This document shows, one piece after another, positions 1 to 14,154 of a stretch of 64,000 nt of DNA. This stretch comes from Phoronis australis. Its lineage: Eukaryota > Animalia > Phoronida. The DNA lies in NCBI GenBank assembly GCA_002633005.1, contig NMRA01000695.1:62001-126000 (forward strand), written 5' to 3'. The position numbers and the translations under genes are program-made. The notes under the pieces are model-generated. The model had not been told where the DNA came from, made no database searches, and was given only the letters and a program-made list of their open reading frames with translations. Position 1 is the stretch's first letter, and each line of letters starts with the position of its first letter.

Positions 1-84
1 TCCGATGGTCACATACCAATGTTGTGTAAGTCATTGGTTGTTCTTGTTTATGCTATTTAGAAATTTTGTGTGTTATTTTTGTAG

Positions 85-3000
85 GTAGAGATACTGCATT
101 AGTAAAAGAATTGCATGAATTCAAATCAAACTTTAAGGTGAGTTAACTGGCGTCTGCTCTTGTTGACACTGAAAGCATTATGTATGAAGTTCGTGTCAAA
201 CGCAGGTGGATAGAGAGACTTATTAGGGCTTAATCAGGGCTTGGAATTTTCCGCGGAAACGCGGATTTCCGCTTTTTTTCAAATGTTCTGTCCGGGCATT
301 TTATTATATTTCCGCGTAAAAAAATTGGATTTGATATAAAATTTCCGCAGCAAATTCCTTTCTTACCGTGGCTTTGCCGACGACGTTCGCCTCGAAAAGC
401 GGAAGTTGCTTTTTATGTTTCGGAGGAACGTAAATTGTCAACATTGCCGGGGCATCTGGGATAGCGTGGTGGGATTTTCAATGGCGACTTGTGTGATTGG
501 AAACCGCGGTGACAAATACTACGGCTCCACAGCCAAAAATGTGTGGGGGTGGGAGTGGACGGACCTCCTAAAGGGACGCAGATGCATGCTACTGATGGTG
601 GTAACGTTTTCTTTTTTGTTTTGTTTTTTTTTTAGTCCTCCCGACTTTTGTCGGCGAAAGGCTCACATCGACTATTTGAAAGCTGGATAGCGCGCGTGTT
701 TTAGGCCGTAACAGTTTACGCGTTTTTTGTCATTGATCATTCCAAGCCCTGTTAATGCAAAGGAGAACTGTTGGGAGTATCTGGAATGGGATGTAATTTC
801 TCCAAATTGCAGTTAGCTTGTGCTGTTTCCTAGTTTTGTTGTTGAGTGTTTTTTTATGAACTTTAAAGCTGCATTTCGTACCGTTCAGCCAACTAAAAAT
901 GAAAATCGAATTAACAGTGTTGTGTTGTTTCTTACCATGATATGATTATATTTTTATTACCAACAAAAACACTGATACCATTGGTGACTAAAGAAAGCGC
1001 TTCAGGGTTTATTGGGTCAGCCAACCCAAAAATTGCAAATTCGAAAATGGAGTATGTATGCACTGGCTGCGGAGTGGGTTGGTAATTTATCCTCCTGAAC
1101 TGAATTTGAACTCCTGGCATTGTACTGAATGGTGTTGTGTTGGGACTCTCGTCATTGGAGAGAAGGTGGGAGGTTTTTAGCCGCTTTGATGTGTTGCTCA
1201 TGAGACCGAGCATTTTTCAAAAATGCTGTGGTCCTACCAGTGCTCTAGAAAATCTCTTGATGGAACATTGTCTATTGATAAAAGCCATCCCTTTTATAGC
1301 TGTCGTCAGATGAGACGAATACAAAAACGGCAGAGGAGGAGACCAGTTCACTGCAGCCTAAAAAGACAGAACAAGATGCTGTGCCAACACAACAGCAAGT
1401 GCAACAAAGGGTTGCCTCTCCAAAGAGTTCTCCGCGGATGCAGGCCATGACACCCTCGGTGGAGAAAACGGAAGACAAACCTGCAGTCACGTTAGTATAA
1501 TTATGTCTTGCTCATGGAAGACGGCGACATTAGGCATTTTAAAAAGCTAGTTTGTTATAGTTTGTTTTTAAATACTAGTATCATTGAGAACGCAGCTGTT
1601 TGATTAATAGCTGGATATAACATGCGCGTATTTTGATTACCACTTTTCTCCATTGAATAACAGACATTAAGCTGGTTTTCATTCTATCTCGTTTCAGCTC
1701 ATTAGTTGTGGGTAATACCGTAATACATCTAGAGGAACCCGTGTTTCGACTTGAGTGGTGAACACGCACATTTACGAGACACTTGATCTCCTGTAGGAGC
1801 TTTCTTGTCTTCATGTTGACCACGTTACCATGTTGCGCAAGGGTGTGGGCGATCAGTTTCCATACATGGGGTGCAAATTTGTGTTTTTAATAGCCTTAAA
1901 TTGATTATGTGATTTTGTTTCTAGGCCCGTCATCAAAAGTACGCTTAATCCCGATGCTCCTGCATTTAACCCATCTAGCAAGTCGCTTGCACCAGTTGCC
2001 TCGGTAAGTTGAAACGTGTCAATCGCACTCTACTTAAGCTCTGCCTCAGCTGGTACAGTTACTCAATGATTATATCTTCAATTTAATCGGCAGACATTTC
2101 ATGCACTTTTCTACTGATTTCACTTTGATTTTTCACCATTTATGTCGTAATCTGCCTATCAAATTTAGGCATCTTCAAACAGGTTTTGGTTGTGCGCTTT
2201 CTTAAAATAGCTGTATGTACTGTTATCCTTCATCAAAGTTTCAAATCCGTCACGCGCACTCATGCTCCTTGTCATTTTGTCATCGTTTTCTCCCCGCCAG
2301 TTCCAGAGGACGAACCCGACCCCACCTCGTGTGGCACCCAGTCCTGTCTACAACAATTTTCATGGCTACCAACAGCCCATCTATATCATGCAGCAACAGT
2401 CTGTCCAACAGCATATGCAGCAAGTGGTGCAGCCTCAGCAAGCACAGCCCAGGATGCCTGCTAAGAAAGGTAAGTGTTATCTTCCTCACATGTGACCATT
2501 CTGTGGAATCGCCCTTAACACTGCATGTATTATTTGGTATTAAACGTTTTAGTGATCTAGTTGTAGTTAAAACATGGCAATAGCTCAAGCAAGATTCAAT
2601 TTCCTTAAAGTTTAAAATAATGGAGTCCGTAATCCATCACAGAAGTTACTTAAAACTATTTTGATGAAGATCTTTTCTTTGTCTCTTCACAAAATTGTTG
2701 TCAGCTTAACTACGATGCTCCATGTCACCTTCTGGAAATTGCCCCTCCCCTTAGTAACTAAGCATAAGCAGACGTGTGGCCGAGTAATTTTCCCGCAGTG
2801 TTTTGGAAAAGAAAAGTCTGCTTGCCTCATTAGTTGATAGAAATTTACAGTGGGTTGGATAGAATCCTGCCTAAGTTTCCAGGAATTTTGTAGCACTTGT
2901 CAAAGTTCCTTGAAACTAACTGGTTACAGCTAATGTTTTTGTCAAAGCAGTTTACATCACTAATGCAACATTGGCTACCAGGGTAACCCAGTTTGTTTTG

Positions 3001-6000
3001 ATCGCCATGGTTAAAGAAGAAAATAAGTGTTTTTTGCCATTTCATTACATTTCAGCCATTGTGTCGGTGCGTCAGCCAGGATTCGATGCTAGCCAGGCAG
3101 CTCACGCTGCTGGTACCCCCATACAGATGGCGCCCCAGCCTCATCAATTTGTTCAGTACCCCCCTCAACAGATGATGCCAAGTGGCATGCCTTATCAGGT
3201 GAGCAATTGGCGGTAGTTTGCTTTACCAAGTTACGGCCAGAAATTTCCAGACCCCAGTCACATTTGGTGATTTGCAAGGTCACAGCGAGATTTTGACCAA
3301 CAGAAAATTAATTTGTTGAAACATGTCAAAAAGAAGCTAGTTTAGGATTTGTTCTTATTTTACACCCCGGTATAGGTTGATGGCCCCTAGGTGCCAGTAG
3401 GGTTGGGCACTGGTTCCTTGTGTGGGTACTGTATTAAGTACCAAAGCGAAAATATTAAGTGTTGCAGATATATTCCTATAATTTACATTCCAATTCAGTA
3501 CCATTAATTTGTGAACGAGTCCCCACCAACATGTATCTGACAGGTATTTGACAAGCATCGATATCTGGCTAGCATCGGTATCTGATGGGCGTCAATACCT
3601 GTCAAGCAGCAGTATCTGATTAGCATAATTTGGTACTTAAGTAGTATTTGTATCTGACAAGCATCAGTCTGAGGAACATCGGTACCAATCACATTCGGTG
3701 ACTTTCACCTCAGTTTCAAAGTCTCGGCAAGAAATTCAGGTTTGGGCTTAGAACATTGTGTTTGTATATTTCAAGAAGGGTGCCAGTTGAATTAATTGGA
3801 AGTTGTTTTAGGTCATTTTCTAGTCAGTTGTGATGAGAAATAATTTGGGGCTGGGTGTAAGGCAGGTTTAACACAGACCTGTAACTGTATTTGTGTTTCC
3901 CTAGTTCCGCATGATGCCTCCCAGTGGTCCAGTGTACATGCAGTCACCAGTACAGACTGGGGTGAATGAACAGAACAATGGCCAGCCACCAACAGTCATG
4001 AGTAAGTGAGCTAAGGTCCCATGCTACCAGCAGTTACTTTTTCCAAGATTTGATCAAAAATCTTTGTTGTAGTGTTCTTTTAACATGAAATGTGTTCAAA
4101 GGTAAACCCACTTTCAACTTGTAATTGTCTTGTCACCAGGATTTTGAGTGACGACTTAACTGTCCAATCAGAACGCATCATTCTTCACACACCTTCGTTT
4201 CCAAGCCGCCATTTTACCCGTCAAACAAAACGTTGCTGGGTAAAACTTATCGTTTGTTTGTCGACATTGCGCAAGGGGCGGATTTTGCGATAGGTCAGTC
4301 AGTCACTGGAAAATCGGAAATAGTCTTGAAATATTTATGAAGCCTAGCCCAGTAGTAGTCAGCCATCCAAAATCGGCAATTTTAGGGTTTATGGCAGTCA
4401 TGTTACAAGCAGGCAACAGTGCTCGAAGTACGTGTAGTGATCCTCTTGAAATTTAGGGATTGCCAAGCTGAAATGCACACTGTTGCCTTATGTTAGATGC
4501 AGGTAATCATTTCCAGAGTAGTTGATGTGGCCCTGTGTTGAAACTTCGAATTGTTGCCACGTGGAATTCGGTGTCAAAAGCCAGCATACTTCTCAGTTTC
4601 ACTAAATGTCTCAAGTCAGGCAAACAATCAAAAAAGATTGCGAAGCCAGAGGCAGTCTTCTGAAGAAGACCTCACCAACATTTCGGGCCTTTACGCTATA
4701 GGTGTGGGTGGCCCACACCCATTATCACACCAAAGAAGACTAGCCGGTGCTGGATGGATGTCTGCCTCTGGCTAGCATCAGACATGAGAAATGACTGGCC
4801 ACTATAAGGGACTCTGCCAGGTTTTTTGGTTTCTCCACCACAAAATCACAAGTTATTTTTCAAGTAAAACACGTCAATAGGTCTCTGCCATTTTGTTTTC
4901 CCTGTTACTCTGATTATTATCGCGGCGTTAAACATAAATGTTAGCTGTTTTCTCCTGGAACCAGAGTCTGGAACAATTTCCTCACAGTCGTGCATAATAT
5001 TGCTTGAACTATCCACCGACAATATCCATTCATTATCACTGGTGACTTTGGTCATGTGTGCTAATTCACCAGTAATTGCATGCATTGTCCGTATTTTTTC
5101 CGTAACTGTTTGGCAGCCAATAAGAATACATAAAGTAAGTCTAAAAATATATTTCTCACCTGAATATACACTGAAATATCCTTAATGTATAGGTAACAGC
5201 AGCCAATAGAGGACATTATTCCCTTCAAAACAAGACACGACTCGTTTCGATAGGCTGAAGCCTCGAGCCTGCATGGCCACGTAAATTTTGGTAAATTTGG
5301 GGGACATTAAAAATGTAACTGAAGTGAATTAAGGATCTTACACGAAACGGATATTTTTTGTGTTATTCACATGATTTGGATTATGTGGCATAGTAAAATC
5401 CTGTGAACTTTACATCGAAGTGATGGAAAATGATGAACTCTCAAAATGTCAAAAATTTGTCGATAACAAGATTTTGAACTGCCTTAAAGCTAACGAAACG
5501 AAATGAAATTAAAAGATTATTCCACACAGATGTTCAATATTGTAAGAAAGTTACTTGTGAGGTCTTTCATATTTTTAATGCTATTTTATTTCAGTGGGGC
5601 CATCTGGTGGAAACCCTGGTGTACCTCCCATTTCTGCCCACATGCAGTACAACATGGGTCAGCCACACCATATTACCCCTCCGCAATCCCAGTCAGGCAC
5701 CCCCCAGGCCCACCCTGCGCCAAGTCCCATACAACACCAACCCCCTCAACAGCAGCAGCCTCCTCATCCACCACCCTCGGGCACCCCTCAGCAGGGTATG
5801 ATGTACCCAAACTCCACACAGCCTCCACTGCAGCCCTCGCCCCACACTCCAGCGTCTCCACAGGCGGGACACCCTGCGCCTGGTCCTCATCAGCAAGCGT
5901 ACTCGTATGGTCACCCATCTCAACAGCCGGCCAACGCACAGAATATGAGTCAGCCACCACAGTACATCATGATGCCTCACTCGCATCACCAGACTATGAT

Positions 6001-9000
6001 GCAGCCATCATATCAACCACACATCCAACATAATTCATACAGAGGTAAGTCAGACAACATGCTACCTCTGCTCGTTGTGGCAGTCTTGAGCTATTATCAT
6101 CGTCTGTTACTCATCATGTTATTTCACTCTGTTAAATGGTACCTGTACTAGGTTGGTGGTGGAGACTCACTCTACGTAGATCTGTGAACTTGTAAACATT
6201 TGTTTTGTTACTTTTAGAACGAGAAAAAAAACATCTGATTATTGGAAATGACGAATGTGAAATGAAACAGCAGAGGCGCAGAGATAAACGATAACTGGAA
6301 TTTTATATTTGATTCATGACTTGGTTGTATGTTTAATTTAAATGTGTTGACGTGCATTATGTTAGCTATTGATATTGTTTCAGGCCCAAGTCCACAGATG
6401 GCAGGCCAGCACATCATGACACATAGTGTCCCCTCATCTAGTGCAGGCATGCATCCTGTGCAGTACATGCCACATCCCCAGAGTGAGTAGTCTCAACAAA
6501 AAAATGTCTTGGCTTGTCAGGGATCGTAATTTTTCTCTTTTAAGAGAAATTTCTCTTTTTGGTTTTGACATCCTCTTATTTGATTTCCAGTTTCCTGTTT
6601 TGTCCCTTTTTTCATTTTTCTGTCTTTACTCGGGCAAAAAACATATCTTGCAGTTAAATTTTACAAAACGAAAAATATTTCTATCACACCAGCCTCTTTT
6701 TTGTAGAATGATGCATTACTTGGAAAATTTTGCTGTTTTTTGTCATTAGTCATTACAAGCTTTGGCCTAACTGTACACAACCCACATTTATCTGATTGCT
6801 TGTTGAGATTGCCTGGAATATTATGTTGACTTCTGAGTTGACACATAGACGATCATGAAACACATGACAGCAGTGCCATCTATTGTCATTTATAAGAATG
6901 ACATCCACTGTTTACAAATCAAAGACTCCCTGCTAATTCTTCAATCAAAATCATTCACGTCACTTAATAACAATAACGTGTCACTTATCATAATAACATG
7001 TCAACGAGACTACTGCTCTGTCAATGACTCCCGCCTTTCAGTGACTTGTGAGGCCCTCCCCCTAATCTCTCTTGCCTCTGTCATATAGACTTCTAATATT
7101 TGGTGTCTCCTCTGATTGTGTCTGTCAGCACTGATGATAGTTTAAAGTGTAACTGAAATGTTTGTTTATATATATTTATGTAAATATGTTAAAGCATTTG
7201 TCACCGCTTTCATGTTTACTGACCATGCGCTGCCTAAAAATGTCATTTTTTTGTAAATGAATGTAGACGACGAGCTTTTGCTAAATGAGTTGATATTTTT
7301 ATCAGTGCTCAGAGGAGCTTATTGGTTTCATTTAATTTTAGTTGCATTACATGTTAGTGTGAGACGCATTACATATTAATGTGAGACGCATTACATATTA
7401 ATGTGAGACGCATTACATATTAATGTGAGACGCATTACATATTAATGTGAGACGCATTACATATTAATGTGAGACGCATTACATATTAATGTGAGACGCA
7501 TTACATATTAATGTGAGACGCATTACATNTGATGCCTCACTCGCATCACCAGACTATGATGCAGCCATCATATCAACCACACATCCAACATAATTCATAC
7601 AGAGGTAAGTTGGACAACATGCTACCTCTGCTCGTTGAGGCAGTCTTGTGCTATTGTTATTGTCTGTTAGTCATCATGTTATTTCAGTCTGTTAAACGAT
7701 ACCTGTACTAGGTTGATGGTGGAGGCCCAGTCTATGTAGAATTGTGAACTTGTAAACACTCGTTTTGTTACTTTTAGAACGAGAAAAAACACCTGATTAT
7801 TGGGAATGACGAACCTGAAATGAAACAGCAGAGGCACAGAGATAAAAGATAACAGGAATTTTATATTTGATTCATGACTGTTGGTTGTATGTGTCCCTTA
7901 AATGTGTTGACGTGCATTATGTTAGCTGTGATTATTGGTATTGTTTCAGGCCCAAGTCCACAGATGGCAGGCCAGCACATCATGACACATAGTGTCCCCT
8001 CATCTAGCGCAGGCATGCATCCTGTGCAGTACATGCCACATCCCCAGAGTGAGTAGTCTCAACAAAAAATGTCTTGTCTTTTAAGAGAAATTTTTCTTTT
8101 TGGTTTTGACATCCTCTTATTTGATTTCCAATTTCCTTTTTCATCCCTTTTTTCATTTTTCTGTCTTTACTCGAGCAAAAAACATGTCTTGCAGTTAAAT
8201 TTTACAAAATGAAAAATATTTCTATCACACCAGCCTCTTTGTTTGTAGAATGATGCATTACTTGGAAAATTTTGCTGTTTTTTTTATCATTAGTCATTAC
8301 AAGCTTTAGCCTAACTGCACACAACCCACATTTATCCAACTTCTGAGTTGACGCATAGACGATCATGAACCACATGACAGCAGTGCCATCTATTGTCATT
8401 TATTATCATCCATTGTTTACACATCAAAGACTCCCTGCGCATTCTTGAATCAAAATCATTTACGTCACTTAATAACAATAACGTGTCACTTATAATAACA
8501 TGTCAACGAGACTACTGCTCTGTCAATGACTCCCGCCTTTCAGTGACTTGTGAGGCCCTCCCCCTTATCTCTCTTGCCTCTGTCATATAGACTTCTAATA
8601 TTTGGTGTCTCCTCTGATTGTGTATGTCAGCACTGATGATAGTTTAAAGTGTAACTGAAATGTTTGTTTATATATATTTATGTAAATGTGTTAATTTTGT
8701 TAAAGCATTTGTCACCGCTTTCATGTTGACTGACCGTGCGCTGACTAAAAATGTCATTTTTTTTGTTAATGAATGTAGACGACAAGCTTTTGCTAAATGA
8801 GTTTATATTTTTATCAGTGCTCAGAGGAGCTTATTGGTTTCATTTAATTTTAGTTGCATTACATGTTAGTGTGAGACGCATTACATATTAGTGTGAGACG
8901 CATTACATGTTAATGTGAGACGCATTACATGTTAATGCATTAAAAAAATGTCTTTTCTGAGGTATGCCGGGGCGACATTTCAGGCTTGATTATTGGTTAC

Positions 9001-9091
9001 AAGACTTTTAACAGTGTGTAACTGATGTGTTATAGTGCAAGGCCCTGTACCACAAGTGCCACAGACATACCACACACATCCGCAGCAATAG
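85..9091 (+). CDS. ATXN2: Ataxin-2 homologue, 3' part (5' exons lie upstream of the window)
   Basis: Phase-consistent AG/GT exons: 85-137, 1300-1490, 1925-2003, 2301-2469, 3056-3198, 3905-4001, 5595-6044, 6384-6482, 9036-9091 (stop TAG 9089-9091). Translation includes ELHEFKSNFK (like the ataxin-2 LKxFKxDFRL segment), PAM2 motif KSTLNPDAPAFNP (1935-1973), AHAAGTPI, and a Q/P/H-rich C-terminus ending TYHTHPQQ*. Confidence 0.9.
235..751. mobile_element. Non-autonomous TIR element (hAT-like CAGGG termini, 5-bp TSD)
   Basis: 13-bp TIR cagggcttggaat ... attccaagccctg, flanked by ttaat on both sides (230-234, 752-756). Confidence 0.8.
3525..3690. repeat. Degenerate ~16-17 bp tandem repeat (intronic)
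   Basis: Recurring unit resembling tatctgacaagcatcgg. Confidence 0.65.
6518..6764. mobile_element. MITE, same family as 12866-13117
   Basis: Shares aagagaa.ttttctctttt / tgatttccagtttcct / cttgcagttaa / tggaaaattt blocks with 12866-13117, ~8078-8308 and ~17190-17440; degenerate CAGGG..CTTTG ends. Confidence 0.6.
7344..7528. repeat. 22-bp minisatellite, truncated by an assembly gap
   Basis: About 8 copies of gtgagacgcattacatattaat ending at N7529; the duplicate segment carries only ~3.5 copies (8856-8940). Confidence 0.9.
7530..8940 (+). repeat. Near-identical duplicate of 5970-7528 (probable uncollapsed haplotype; includes a copy of an ATXN2 exon at 7950-8048)
   Basis: Begins mid-exon immediately after N7529 and aligns colinearly, with scattered SNPs and indels. 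Confidence 0.8.
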
Positions 9092-12000
9092 AGAGTAGGT
9101 GGGTATGCAGCCTCGTCTTGACTAAGCTACGAATACATACTTGCTAACGATTCCTCAGTTTAGGAAACTTTGGCCAGTTTCATACTGTGTTAAATATTCT
9201 GCACAACAGTCGAACACAGATCTAACATCCATCAATTGATCTTTGAAATCTGTTGTATTGATAGTTCATTGTAACCAGGCTAGACATTTTGAACACTTGT
9301 GTATTGAATGACTTCTAGTCCTTACCTTTTGCCAGAGGCCTTCGCGAATGCTCTGTTTGTGTTATGCGCCCGTATACTACATTTCGCTTCCTGTCATCAG
9401 CTTTGACTCGGTGTTTTCAAAGCAGCTGTCTGTTGGCTGTATCACGTTTAGCACTTTCCAAGCCCAACGCTGGTTAGTTTGTACTTTTTAATCATAAACT
9501 TAAGGTACGATCGTACAATTTTTGTATTTGAGTCGGACCGATTTGTTTAATCCTTTTTCCTTGTACGTACTGATGGGCTTTTGATACAGTAGTCTGGCCA
9601 ACAACTTTTTGCACAACTCATGCAGTACAGTGTACGGGTGTTAACTGGCGGCGTGTTGTCACACCGCATTCTTTAGATTGGGTCATTTTGTCAGCTGCTG
9701 TTCATTGTAATCAGAAGTAATGATCACAGGAAACATTACAATGACATAATGTTAAAAGTGTACAATGTTCCCTATATTGAATAGTCCTAAATAAAATACA
9801 GTAGGTGAAGTCAAGACGTCGAAGTTTGTATGTTATGTTGCTTTTAATGTTACGAACGGTGTGTGTTGCACTGAGATTCATCTGTGTAATCTCCGTCCCT
9901 TCTATAGTACAGGGAATAATTCCGTGGACTTTACAGTTCCTCTCGCTCTTAACTAGAAGAAATTATGTTGAGGACGTGACTTGCCTGCTGTACTGAATAT
10001 TTACCTATTCCTAGTATGTCGGAGGCCTCTTGTCTTGTTCAATTGGTTGATGTGAAATCTTAGTGGCAGGAACTCTGGTCACTTGAGAACTTGTTTGTCT
10101 TGTGATCCTATCTACTTTATGCTCTCATTCCATGTTGAAGATCGTTTGTATCTGGCACCACCCAGCTTGTTAAGGGAAGCCCTTAGGGCTTGAATATAAA
10201 TAGTCTTTTGTACTCCCCAATATATTATGAAGTTCCTGATTTCTCAAAACCTACATTTTCTTTGAACAGATTATTTAAAACCACCAGGTGACTGCACAGT
10301 GCATGTACTGGGAAGAGGGTTATTTCCTTTATTCAATTGCATATACATGGAGTGTTTCCTTCCATCACTAAAAATGCCTTGATTCCTTGTCACACCACTT
10401 CCTATAGTGTTTCTGCGATCTCTCAATGCCAACATTGTTCTCTGTTTCAGTAATGACAAGCCAAGTTGCAGCCACATATTCTTCACAGAAGTGGTGTTGA
10501 TAGAGTGTCGTCATTGTACTTAGACTGGCTGCAGTGTACAACAGATCTTTACTTAAATTATGTTCTATCATCGATTTGCCACAGAGTGATCTTATCCTTT
10601 GCACATATTTAAAGATGATTGGTACACAGGGAGCCATTACATCATGTCTTTTTTTAATTGGCAGGGCAAATTTTTCTCAATATATGTACTCATATTTTGA
10701 CAGACTACTTTCATGATACTATATTCTCCTTTGGGGTGACTCTTGTATAGTGCACACATTGCTCTAAACATGGTTCCTAGGATCATTCCCGAAGTACCAT
10801 TTTGTGTTAGTGACATCTTGCCTATTCAGTTTCAAAATGTAACCTTTTTCTCGAGATATCCTGACGTTAATTATTAATTAACTGCAAAGTATACGCCACA
10901 AACTATGGGACAAAATGACCTCGGATTCCCCTAAATAACTGGGGAAATCCCAAAATGTCCAGGGATTCCCCAAAGTGACCTGAGATTCCTCGTTATTAGG
11001 ATTAAAGGTATGTGTGTGTGAAGGCTTAAATTAAGTGGAATGAGTAAATGAATGGTTATTACCTGCTATTATGAGGAAGTTGGGAATCCTTTGATTATTG
11101 TTGGCGTGCACTTTAGTTGAAGGGATATCATTTGAAATTGTAAAACTGCTGTTCGGTGTTGTCATTTTCCCAAAGTTGAACAACTGGATTAAACATGACT
11201 AGTTTCATTTGATTGACATATTGTGTAAACGGTCATCTTTCACCAGTTCGACAGTTCTGTTATTGTCTAAATTTTTGGTCGCATACATCAGGTCTTTTTT
11301 CTTGTATTAGTAGTTAAAAAGTGCTCCAGCCAGATTCATAATTCAGTTAGGAAATATGTCCGTTGACGGAAGCGATTGTATAAGCTAGCCATACATAGGT
11401 GAGGTGCTACAACCGTTTTGTACCCTGTTGAAGTTTTCACCATGTTTCAGCCGTTTTCCTCCGAAATGAGACTAATTTGTATACACCAAGACATATAATG
11501 GGTCAACTATTTCAAAATAGCTTCTGTACTGAATGGTTTCACAACAATGTTCACAAGAATATTCCAAAATGTGATATCAGAAAATGGTTTTACAAAGAAC
11601 TAATTGTGTTTTTTTTTTAACTTCTACTCATTGCAAATCTAACTCTGAGGTTACTCAATTAAGAAATGCAGCATTGTTTTTATGAAAGACCATTTCCTGA
11701 TTTTGCATGTATCTACTTCAATGAGACAATTTCCAGATACTGCTTAGTTTACACTGAAAGGTGTGGCTTCTGGCAGGTTCACGTTCAGTTTAGTTATCAT
11801 GGTTGTTGGGGTTCCCTGTTGTCAGAAATATTTGTGGCTGCAAAGAAATCTGATGAAATGTGTTTAAACAGATAAAACTACAGGAAAAGGTATCATGAAT
11901 ATTGCTCTTATCTGGCAGAAATCACTTGTTTTTTTAAGTTATGGATGTGTTTCTTGGAAGTTAAGCCCGAGGCGTGAAGATTGGATCATGAGGCCATTTT

Positions 12001-12252
12001 CTGGAGAATACCTTGTTTCTCAGGACAGTTGTAATCCAAGAATCGTATGTCGTGATGCTAGAGTAGTCGCTCCCCCTTCAGGCTTTCTCCATAGGTTCGT
12101 GGAACACTGATTTCATGTTGCCTCATAGTAACTAACGGCTCTGGTTGCACGTGTTTCTGCACTGCTGGAGGCCATGGTAAACCCGCAATCTGTCAGCAAG
12201 GTATTTTCCAGATCTTGTGGATATTTGACTGCCAGGAACAGTTGTTACCTTT

Positions 12253-12330
12253 ATTAAAGACAAAATGAGATAAAAATTACAAAATAAAAAAACTCATAAA
12301 AACCACTCGATATTTTGTTTGTGTTTATGC
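12253..12330 (+). terminator. Candidate ATXN2 polyadenylation region (implies ~3.2 kb 3'UTR)
   Basis: ATTAAA 12253-12258 and AATAAA 12283-12288 followed by a GU-rich tract (ttttgtttgtgttt); the TE-poor stretch from 9092 ends here. Confidence 0.45.
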
Positions 12331-12562
12331 TGGGTCTTGATTCTCTTCTGTTGTCAGTGTTTTGGGTGGTAAGAAGTAGCTATATAGTGACTGAAAACCC
12401 TTGTCATCGGTTTGAAGAAAACTGGACCCCCTTCCCTCCTCCCGGGGATATGATAATGACCCTTCGAAAGTAAAATGCACTCTGTATTTACGGTCGTGAA
12501 AATCTCTAGTAAAACAGTAGAAATGAGAATTTATTTTGAGACACAAGTAACGTTGGTGTAGA

Positions 12563-12667
12563 CATGGGCGACGCACCATAGGGGGCTATAGCCCTCCACT
12601 TTTTTAGTGCTGCGCCACCCATGGTCTATGGGCGGTGGACCACAGGGAAGGGGCTGCGCCGCCCATG
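12563..12667. mobile_element. 105-bp MITE, CATGGGCG termini
   Basis: TIR catgggcgacgca / tgcgccgcccatg; flanks gtaga / gtagc (4 of 5 match). Confidence 0.65.
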
Positions 12668-12865
12668 GTAGCCTGATGTTTTTTCGCAACTTTAGAAAAG
12701 TTGCTTTAACAAAGGTTGACTGAGTTTGTTATTGCACTGATGGTTGGGTGTCATTTTCCATTCGTTGTCTGCTAGTAAGATTACATCAGGCGCACATGCA
12801 CCAATGAAACGACTGCTTCTGTGGTGCAAACGGGTACTTTTCACTGTAGATTTTACGGTTATCAA

Positions 12866-13117
12866 ACGGCTTGGAATTTTCTTCTTTTTTAAAGAGAATT
12901 TTCTCTTTTTTGGCTTCAATTTCCTCTTCTCTGATTTCCAGTTTCCTTTTTTCATTCTGTTTGGCCCCTATTTTGTCTATTCATGCAAAAAAATCTTTCT
13001 TGCAGTTAAGTTTTTGCTACACACAAATATTGCTACAACATAAGCCTATTTATTTGTAGAACGATACATCACCTGGAAAAATTTTCACTTTTTTGTCATA
13101 GGCCATTCCAAGACCTG
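12866..13117. mobile_element. MITE with 5-bp TSD
   Basis: ggcttggaat ... attccaagacctg ends (same TIR type as 235-751); atcaa duplicated on both sides. Confidence 0.7.
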
Positions 13118-13671
13118 ATCAATTGTTAACCTATAGGTTGGTAAGTTTCCTGGTTGCGCATCAGCTTTTGTGGCATATTGTAAAGCACTGCACTAAATAG
13201 GTGTTAGAATAGGCGTAGTTTAACTACATTGGAATATTTTTTTTTGTCGTTTTCGAGTAATTTAAGCCCCCATTCAAAAGCGAGGCATTTTAAAAAAGCT
13301 ATCTAGCTATACCATAATGACTTTCTGGGATTGTTTATAGGAATTTTAGCGCGAAAATTGAGCTGGCAACAATAACATTAATAGATTCTCCACCTTTTAA
13401 AAAGTATTGGAGTCTTCAGTGTCTGTTCACGCAAACGTGTCGCTCCTCTTGGTTAAAAGGAGATTTTGACTGCCTGCTTTTATGTCAAAATTATATTTCT
13501 GAAATTGCATTTTACGTCTAGGGACCAATATACGTAATGAAAGCAGAAGTTAAGTGGCCCCTTTACAGTATTTTCATTTACTTGTAAGTTCCTTTTTCAT
13601 CAACTAAGATGACCCTTTTTCTCATGTCTTGGATTCACGTCTTTAATGTCCCGATTAGTTCCATCTTTTCG

Positions 13672-14019
13672 TTGGCCAAATGGGTGAACATTACACCGTT
13701 AAGTTAATTAATTCTTGTTATAGGCGCAAAGTAATTATTTGGAGTCGTAACTTAATTATTGCGACGTAAAATAATAATTTGTGGCGTAAAGTAACTTTCA
13801 ACGGCGTAATTTAATGCCCAAGTTAATTCTTGTTAGAGTCGTAAATTAATTATTTAGAAGCGTAAAAGTAATTATTTGAGGCCTAAAGTAAAATAACTCT
13901 ACGTCGTAAATCAATTACTTTCCGCCTCTCAATAACTACTTTACGCCTCTAGCAAGAATTAACTTGCGCATTAACTTACGCGTGTAATTTAACGGAGTAA
14001 CGTCCACCCATTTGGCTAA
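13672..14019. mobile_element. Foldback element with internal ~20-bp repeats, just upstream of the BPHL ATG
   Basis: TIR ggccaaatgggtg..cattacaccgttaa / ttaacggagtaacgtccacccatttggct; internal gcgtaaagtaattattt-like units. Confidence 0.7.
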
Positions 14020-14154
14020 GGATCGGCTGTCCCACACCGTCGCGTCCATACTGAGGTATAAATGTCTATAATAAAATGGATCGATCACAGCCTAGTGTCA
14101 CTGACCTCAAAGCAAAGCACGGAGTTTAAGTGGGTCATCTAAGGTCAAGACAAT

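Noticed and set aside
7344-7528. Regular 22-bp repeats resembling a CRISPR array
   Set aside because: Head-to-tail units with no spacers, inside a eukaryotic intron, no cas genes: a minisatellite.
7950-8048. Mutually exclusive or tandem-duplicated ATXN2 exon
   Set aside because: The duplicate block starts mid-exon right after an N; a haplotype artefact is more parsimonious.
9805-13059. Short ORFs of 60-100 aa here and throughout introns
   Set aside because: Low-complexity or repeat-derived, no motifs or splice support; expected by chance.
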